From: Mycolicibacterium smegmatis
GTDB taxonomy: Bacteria; Actinomycetota; Actinomycetes; Mycobacteriales; Mycobacteriaceae
DNA: 32,000 nucleotides
Direction: 5' to 3'
Assembly: GCF_001457595.1 (NCBI RefSeq)
Contig: NZ_LN831039.1
Span: forward strand, 4,200,001-4,232,000
Below are positions 26,655 to 32,000 of the stretch, in pieces. Under the pieces are notes generated by a model. That model made no database searches, was not told where the DNA came from, and saw nothing but the letters and a program-made list of their open reading frames with translations. How positions within the stretch are numbered: position 1 is the first letter of the stretch; each line of letters begins with the position of its first letter. A program made the translations under genes and the position numbers.

Positions 26655-26691
26655 GAAACGCCGCCAAGGGCTTTAAACCTGGCGGCGTTTC
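26655..26691. terminator. Bidirectional intrinsic-terminator-like hairpin between convergent lacI and permease genes
   Basis: GAAACGCCGCCA (26655-26666) pairs perfectly with TGGCGGCGTTTC (26680-26691) around a 13-nt loop. A/T runs flank the stem on both sides. Confidence 0.6.
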
Positions 26692-26700
26692 CTCCCGATG

Positions 26701-28332
26701 TCAGTCCGCTGACGAGACGGTGTCGCGCCTTTCGGTCTCGGCGGGGAGCTGGGCGACCTCCGCCGAAAGCGTCGACTCGGCGAGCGGCACCTGCTTGGCG
26801 AACGACTCCATGTCGTGCTTGGCGCGGTGCTCACGCAGCAGGTTCGCGATCTCGATCGCGTCACCTTCGGGAGCCGTCGACTTCCGGTAGGGCTTCGCGA
26901 TCCACATGTACAGCAGCCCGACAACTGAGACCACAACGAACCCGATCAACGCGATCCACCGGTCGTAGAAGGGCAAAGCCTGATCACCGTTCGGCCGGGC
27001 AAGCACGATCATCGAGAACACGCCGTACACAAGCGCGCCGATGCCGACGGGCCAGCCCCACTTGCCGAGCGTCCAGCTACCTCCAGGCGTCCAGCCCTTG
27101 GCGCGGGCGCGAAGTGCCGCGAAGACAACCATCTGGAAGGCGAAGTATCCGGCGAGCATCTGGAAGGCGGCGACGCGGAACAATGCGTCCGGCAGCAGGA
27201 ACAGCAGCAGGAAGAGCAGGATGCACAGCCCAGCGACGAATCCCAGGGCGTTCAGCGGCACTTTGCGGTTCGAGATCTTCTTGAAGATGTTGCTGCCCGG
27301 GAACATGTCATCACGAGCGAAGGAGAAGATCAGTCGGCTGCCCGCTGCCTGCTGGCCCATGACACAGGCCAGAAATGACGTCAAAGCGATGAGCAGGAAG
27401 ATCTTCGTGCCGGCCACACCGAAGGTGTCGGTGAGGATGGCGGTGATCGGATTGGCGACCTCACCGTCCACGATGGCCTGCAGGTTCGGCGCCGCAAGGA
27501 TGTAACCGACGAAGGCGAAGATCGCAGCGCCGCCACCGAGAAACACCGTGAGCATCATCGACCGCGGGATGGCCCGGCTGGGATTCGGTGTTTCCTCAGC
27601 GACCTCTCCGCACGCCTCGAATCCGTAGTAGAGGACGAGGCCGATGATTGCCGCAGTGAAGAAGGCGCTCGTGTAGTCGCCGCCGCTGCCCGTCCCGAAC
27701 GTGTTGAACAACACCGAGAAGTCGTTCTTGCGGGCGAAGATCAACAAGTAAAGGCCCACAACGACGATACCGGCGACTTCGGCCGCCAGGCCGACCTTGG
27801 CTATGGTGGCCAGAGTTTTGGATCCGGTCGAGTTGAGGCCGATGCAGATCAGCACGACGCACGTGGCGATGATGAACTTCTGCAGCGGCGTCGAGGAGAT
27901 ATTGGAATCCGAGTGGAAGAGGGCGAGCACGAAATCCGCGCTGAACATGGCTGTAGTGGTACAGCCGACGACAATGCCCGCGATGTAGATCCACGACATG
28001 ATCCAGGCGTATGGACCATTCCAGAGCCGGCGCGCCCACTGGTAGAGACCGCCGGCGATCGGAAACTGTGACACGATCTCACCGAAGACCATCGCGACCA
28101 AGAGCTGGCCGAAAGCCGCGATCAGAAGCCAGCCGATCGCGGGCGGTCCAGCGGTGGTGAGAGCCTGGGTGAACATCGACAGCACGCCCACCAAGGGAGA
28201 CAGGTAGAGGAAGCCTAGTGCGAAGTTCGACCACTGGCCGATCTTGCGGTCGAACTTCTCCTCGTAGCCGAGGACGCGGAGGTGGGCGTCGTCGCCCGCA
28301 AGCGACCTCCCCCCGCCGTGGTTGATGGACAT
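26701..28332 (-). CDS. APC-superfamily amino acid/amine permease
   Basis: MSINHGG...WSNFALGFLYLSPLVGVLSMF...FGEIVSQFPIAGGLYQWARRLWNG..., with about 12 hydrophobic spans and a hydrophilic C-terminal tail. GGAAGGA precedes ATG 28332, so the track start at 28443 is rejected. Confidence 0.9.
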   Translation of the reverse strand: MSINHGGGRSLAGDDAHLRVLGYEEKFDRKIGQWSNFALGFLYLSPLVGVLSMFTQALTTAGPPAIGWLLIAAFGQLLVAMVFGEIVSQFPIAGGLYQWARRLWNGPYAWIMSWIYIAGIVVGCTTTAMFSADFVLALFHSDSNISSTPLQKFIIATCVVLICIGLNSTGSKTLATIAKVGLAAEVAGIVVVGLYLLIFARKNDFSVLFNTFGTGSGGDYTSAFFTAAIIGLVLYYGFEACGEVAEETPNPSRAIPRSMMLTVFLGGGAAIFAFVGYILAAPNLQAIVDGEVANPITAILTDTFGVAGTKIFLLIALTSFLACVMGQQAAGSRLIFSFARDDMFPGSNIFKKISNRKVPLNALGFVAGLCILLFLLLFLLPDALFRVAAFQMLAGYFAFQMVVFAALRARAKGWTPGGSWTLGKWGWPVGIGALVYGVFSMIVLARPNGDQALPFYDRWIALIGFVVVSVVGLLYMWIAKPYRKSTAPEGDAIEIANLLREHRAKHDMESFAKQVPLAESTLSAEVAQLPAETERRDTVSSAD

Positions 28333-29054
28333 TGGTATTCCTTCCAGAGTTGTCGATTCGCACATGCCTAGCGATGAGCGCCGAACAGCCAGTGCCGCGG
28401 TGCTACTGAGGTCGGCCGCCGCTTTGTGACTGCGAGCACACATGAAGTTTCATCGAGCACACGGGTCACGGATAGACGCATACCGTGCAACAGACAGGCT
28501 CATTTTTTCCCGACGTGGATAACGGGTGATGGCCTTGACAGCCCGTAATCCGGCCGAAAAATCGCTGGTCACAGGTATCCAGCAGGCATCGGACGCTGGG
28601 CGGATTCGGTCCTTGACATCCCGAACGGCAAGTACGGCATCGTGATCCGAGCGTGCAACCGCACCGCTGACGATTACACATGTTGCTCATTCCTATCCGT
28701 GCCCGCACGCCGCAGCGTCGTGTGCTGGTCCGCACCGCCTCACCGGTGGGCGCACGACGACAGGGAGTTCGGCGATGAGGCAGACGAATTGTGGCAGGAG
28801 GCGTGCGAACGCGCGAAGTCACCCGGCCGCAACAGCCATCGGGCTCGGCGCGAACAGCGCAAGATTGGTACGGAAGTTCCGCGCCGTCGCAAAGCACAAT
28901 TGCTCGTCATCAGCCGTGAGCTGCCACGCCGAGCACACGGTGGTGACTTCTTCGTCCAGAGCGGTTATCACGCTTCAGATCTCCCCGCTCGCCGAGGATG
29001 AGAATGACCGATTGGTCATCGACTTCCTGCGGGCCTATCTCACCCGCTCACGAA

Positions 29055-29726
29055 TCAGACGTCGCCTCGGCGGCGTGCCGCCCATGCCAGGCCTTGCTTG
29101 GTCAGACGCCGCACGTCGTCACCCGCCAGATCCTGTGGCGCATGGCCGATAGAGTGATAGAACACCCTGCCCTCACCCCAGTGCCGCACCCAGGCGACCG
29201 GGCTTTTCAGTCCGTCGAACCAAGCGAAGTGCTCACCCGAGAAAGTCGTCTCGGCAAGCACATGGTTGTTGGGGTCCACGCTCATGTAGTACTGCTCAGA
29301 TGCGACCGGGAAGTCGTTGACGCCCCGGGTCACCTCATGGTCGGTGTCGAGAATCTTGACGTCATAAGGCTGCGGGTAACCCTCGCCGGCGGGGTGTGCG
29401 AGGAAATCGCCGCCCAGCATCAGGTGATATCGCAGGCTGGACCGGAACGCCGCAGCAGCGCCGTGCCACGCCGCCACGCCCGTGCCCGCCTCGACCGCCG
29501 CCAAGAGGTGATCCTCCTGCGAATCAGACAGATCCTCGGTCGTCAGAGCATTGTTCCACCCAAGGATGATCAAATCGTAAGAGGTCAGATCACGGTCTAG
29601 GGTGAAGATGTCCTGCGACTCCTCCAGGCGGAATCCCAACTCGCCGACCAACCCACGCGTCCACTCGGCAATGTTGTACGGACTGTGCCCCGGCCAGCCG
29701 CCGTAGAGGTAGAGGACGTTCGTCAT
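29055..29726 (-). CDS. ThuA-like domain protein (class I glutamine-amidotransferase-like fold)
   Basis: VLYLYGGWPGHSP...GVAAWHGAAAAF...SEQYYMSVDPNNHVLAETTFSGEH...PVAWVRHWGEGRVFYHSIGH matches the ThuA-family pattern as I recall it. The start overlaps the aspA stop (ATGA at 29723-29726). Confidence 0.8.
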   Translation of the reverse strand: MTNVLYLYGGWPGHSPYNIAEWTRGLVGELGFRLEESQDIFTLDRDLTSYDLIILGWNNALTTEDLSDSQEDHLLAAVEAGTGVAAWHGAAAAFRSSLRYHLMLGGDFLAHPAGEGYPQPYDVKILDTDHEVTRGVNDFPVASEQYYMSVDPNNHVLAETTFSGEHFAWFDGLKSPVAWVRHWGEGRVFYHSIGHAPQDLAGDDVRRLTKQGLAWAARRRGDV

Positions 29727-31192
29727 GAGTTGGCGCTTCCTTCCATTGCGGTGCGGATCTCTCTTTGCAGCACCAGCAGTTCCCGGGGACCGACGAGGGC
29801 CTCCGGCTTGAGTAAATCATCTACCTGATCGGAGGTGAGTAACTGTTCCGCCACGACCAGATCTGGGATGGGCTCACCGGTCATCAACGCCTTCTTGGCG
29901 ATGCGGGCCGCTTCGGCGTAACCGATGTAGGGGCTCAGCGCAGTGACGACGCCGATCGAGTGGGTCACCGAATCCAACAAGCGCTCTCGATTGGCAGTGA
30001 TACCGGTGACGCACTTGTCGATCAGTGTGCGGCACGCGCGATCGAGGTGCGTCAAAGACTGGAACAGGCTGTGAGCGATGATCGGTTCGAACGCGTTCAA
30101 CTGCAGCTGACCGGATTCCGCGGCCATGCTGACAGCCACGTCACAACCCACGATCTCGAAGGCGACCTGATTGACGACTTCGGGGATGACGGGGTTGACC
30201 TTCCCTGGCATGATGCTCGACCCCGGCTGCACGGCAGGCAGATTGATCTCATTGAGGCCCGCCCTCGGCCCCGACGACAACAGTCGGAGGTCGCTGCAGA
30301 TCTTTGACAACTTCAACGCGGTCCGCTTGAGGACACCCGACACCTGGACGAACGCCCCGACGTCCTGCGTCGCCTCGACGAGATCGTGGGCGGTCGACAA
30401 GGACAGACCGGTGACGGCCGTCAGCTTCTCGCATACCAGGTCCGCGTAGCGGGGATGCGAGTTCAACCCGGTTCCGATGGCCGTGCCGCCCAGACTGATC
30501 TCACAGATCAGTTGCGCGGCCTCCCCCAGCCGATCGGCGTCTTCACCGACCATCACCGCGTACGTCCCGAACTCCTGACCGAGTGTCATCGGGACGGCGT
30601 CCTGCAACTGGGTGCGCCCCATCTTCAGGATGTCCTTGAACTCCTCGGCCTTGACCCCGAACGCCGCCGAGACACGGCGCAATGTGGTTACGAGCGCCGC
30701 GAGCTGCTCCTGCAGTGCGATCTTGATCGCGGTCGGATAGACGTCGTTGGTGCTCTGACTCATGTTGACGTGTTCGAGCGGGTGCAGCTCGGAGTAGTCA
30801 CCGCGAGCGAAACCGAGTATTTCCAGAGCACGGTTCGCAATGACCTCGTTGGCGTTCATGTTCGTCGAGGTGCCGGCACCGCCCTGAATCGCATCGACCA
30901 CGAAGTGTTCGTGCAGTCGGCCGGCACGGATCTCGTCACAGGCTGCGGCGATCGCGCCCGCGCGGCGGCCGTCGAGTAGTCCGAGCTCCTGATTTGCTTC
31001 GGCGGCAGCACGTTTCACCGCTGCCAGCGCTCCGACGAATTCCGGATACGCCGCGACCGTGACGCGTGAGATGGAGAAATTCTCCACCGCACGCGCGGTG
31101 TGGATCCCGTAATAGGCGTCGCCGGGAACCGAGAGTGCACCCAGTGAGTCGTACTCGATCCGCGGCGCCGTCGTCGGCGCTGTCACCGCCAT
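29723..31192 (-). CDS. aspA: Aspartate ammonia-lyase (aspartase/fumarase superfamily)
   Basis: QGGAGTSTNMNANEVIANRALE, ILKMGRTQLQDAVPMTLGQEF, LRLLSSGPRAGLNEINLP and GSSIMPGKVNPVIPEVVNQV are near-identical to the E. coli AspA blocks. Confidence 0.92.
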   Translation of the reverse strand: MAVTAPTTAPRIEYDSLGALSVPGDAYYGIHTARAVENFSISRVTVAAYPEFVGALAAVKRAAAEANQELGLLDGRRAGAIAAACDEIRAGRLHEHFVVDAIQGGAGTSTNMNANEVIANRALEILGFARGDYSELHPLEHVNMSQSTNDVYPTAIKIALQEQLAALVTTLRRVSAAFGVKAEEFKDILKMGRTQLQDAVPMTLGQEFGTYAVMVGEDADRLGEAAQLICEISLGGTAIGTGLNSHPRYADLVCEKLTAVTGLSLSTAHDLVEATQDVGAFVQVSGVLKRTALKLSKICSDLRLLSSGPRAGLNEINLPAVQPGSSIMPGKVNPVIPEVVNQVAFEIVGCDVAVSMAAESGQLQLNAFEPIIAHSLFQSLTHLDRACRTLIDKCVTGITANRERLLDSVTHSIGVVTALSPYIGYAEAARIAKKALMTGEPIPDLVVAEQLLTSDQVDDLLKPEALVGPRELLVLQREIRTAMEGSANS

Positions 31193-31734
31193 GTGTCAGC
31201 GGGCCGAGCCTGCGCGGCGGCGGGCAGCCCCTCGTAGAATCCGTCGGTGGCGCACGTGGTCAGTTCCAGCTGCATCCCCCAGGGAGACTTGAAATAGAAC
31301 CACCGCTGCCCGGCGACGGGCGCCTGCGGATCGACGCCATTGGGGCCCTCTTGCACCACCACGCCGGGAATGGACCTGACGTAGTCATAACCCGCGTCGA
31401 TGTCGTCGACATAGAACGCCAGATGATGGCCACCCACGTCGCTGTTGCGGGGCAGCCGGGTGTTGCGATCCGGTGCCTCGTACTCGAACAGTTCCACATT
31501 GTGGTGCTTGCCGATCCGGATCATCGCGATGGTGCACTGCGCCAACTGATCGACGTCGAGCCGGCGTCGCATACCGTCACCGTCCTCGTCTCGGAGCGGT
31601 CCGTCGCGGTAGATCAGCTCGGCACCGAAGTGATCGACGAAGAACGCCACCGCCGCCTCGAGGTCCGGCACCGTGTACGCGACGTGGTCAACCGCTCGAA
31701 GGGTCGGTACCCGTGGTTCTTTGATCTCGCCCAT
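31183..31734 (-). CDS. VOC (glyoxalase/bleomycin-resistance/extradiol dioxygenase) family protein
   Basis: LRAVDHVAYTVPDLEAAVAFFVDHFGAELIY...GGHHLAFYVDDIDAGYDYV...WGMQLEL. The 3' end overlaps the aspA start by 10 nt. Confidence 0.82.
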   Translation of the reverse strand: MGEIKEPRVPTLRAVDHVAYTVPDLEAAVAFFVDHFGAELIYRDGPLRDEDGDGMRRRLDVDQLAQCTIAMIRIGKHHNVELFEYEAPDRNTRLPRNSDVGGHHLAFYVDDIDAGYDYVRSIPGVVVQEGPNGVDPQAPVAGQRWFYFKSPWGMQLELTTCATDGFYEGLPAAAQARPADTWR

Positions 31735-31742
31735 GCCGCCGC

Positions 31743-32000
31743 CTAGATCTGCGCGGGCGCGTCGACGACGAAACGGTGCCCGGTCCAGGGCAGCTCGTCA
31801 CCGCCGAACTTGGCGGCACGGACATCAGCGGAACGCGCGTGCCCCTCGAAGTTCTCCAGCCGCGACGCTCGACCGCAGATGCGGCCGAGTTCGGCGCTGG
31901 ACGCCGCGTCCTCGATCTCCTGGTAGGTCACGGTCTTCAAGAACTTGCCTACCCACAGACCGCCGGTGTAATTCGCCGCGCCCAGTGTGGGGAGGACATG
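31743..32000 (-). CDS. Histidinol-dehydrogenase-family protein, C-terminal part (5' end outside window)
   Basis: The frame is open to the right edge. My translation is HVLPTLGAANYTGGLWVGKFLKTVTYQEIEDAASSAELGRICGRASRLENFEGHARSADVR.... The NHVLPT...FLK...E.L.AH pattern is typical of HisD-family C-termini. The stop lies 8 nt before the VOC start. Confidence 0.7.
   Translation of the reverse strand, partial: HVLPTLGAANYTGGLWVGKFLKTVTYQEIEDAASSAELGRICGRASRLENFEGHARSADVRAAKFGGDELPWTGHRFVVDAPAQI

Noticed and set aside
28333-28440. CTCTGGAAGGA just upstream of the permease start, which recalls part of the glycine-riboswitch consensus.
   Set aside because: Only this short string matches, and it doubles as the Shine-Dalgarno sequence. 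The other conserved riboswitch blocks (GGAGAG...CACCGAAGGGGCAA-type) are not present.
28466-28897. Cys-rich 143-aa minus-strand ORF in the unassigned gap (…CNRQRCGCTLGSRCRTCRSGCQGPN…VCCTVCVYP).
   Set aside because: Third-position G/C is only moderate by my count and there is no ribosome-binding site or recognisable family. Cys/Arg-rich strings are typical off-frame products of GC-rich sequence.
1-32000. I looked for tRNA T-loop signatures (GGTTCGAATCC-like, both strands), rRNA, CRISPR-like regularly spaced repeats, tandem repeats, and recognisable defence, toxin-antitoxin or secretion genes.
   Set aside because: None found by eye. The only repeat structures are the IS inverted repeats and short palindromes listed above. 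An automated scan (tRNAscan-SE, CRISPR finder, defence-system HMMs) would be needed to exclude them formally.

Overview
GC-rich actinobacterial DNA. The IS6110-like element, the luciferase-like (probably F420-type) oxidoreductase and the mycofactocin-type SDR suggest Mycobacteriales; this was judged by eye with no database search. The window is a dense accessory and catabolic region with about 25 apparently intact protein genes, one intact IS3-family insertion sequence, and at least three decayed genes. From left to right: (1) an MFS transporter running off the left edge; (2) a hypothetical gene split by an IS6110-like element with intact inverted repeats and a 3-bp target duplication; (3) a 914-aa ATPase-LuxR (LAL-type) regulator; (4) a frameshifted SDR and an NmrA-like gene; (5) a GntR-headed, translationally coupled operon (MHS transporter, type II HAD/haloacid-dehalogenase-like hydrolase, PLP aminotransferase, RidA, amidase); (6) a minus-strand run of amidohydrolase-2, quinone-reductase-like MDR, an amidohydrolase pseudogene remnant, acyl-CoA ligase, alpha/beta hydrolase and a second MDR divergent from a TetR regulator; (7) an LLM oxidoreductase divergent from a mycofactocin-type SDR plus LacI regulator; (8) an APC permease and a tightly overlapped operon of HisD-like dehydrogenase (partial), VOC protein, aspartate ammonia-lyase and ThuA-like protein. 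I saw no tRNA, rRNA or CRISPR array, and nothing I can recognise as a defence, secretion or toxin-antitoxin system. The most interesting items are two unnamed, tightly coupled catabolic operons with candidate operators, the clean IS insertion into an already fragmented ORF, and a 0.7-kb unassigned gap inside a same-strand gene run. All functional calls rest on motif recognition from the supplied translations and none is confirmed by a search.
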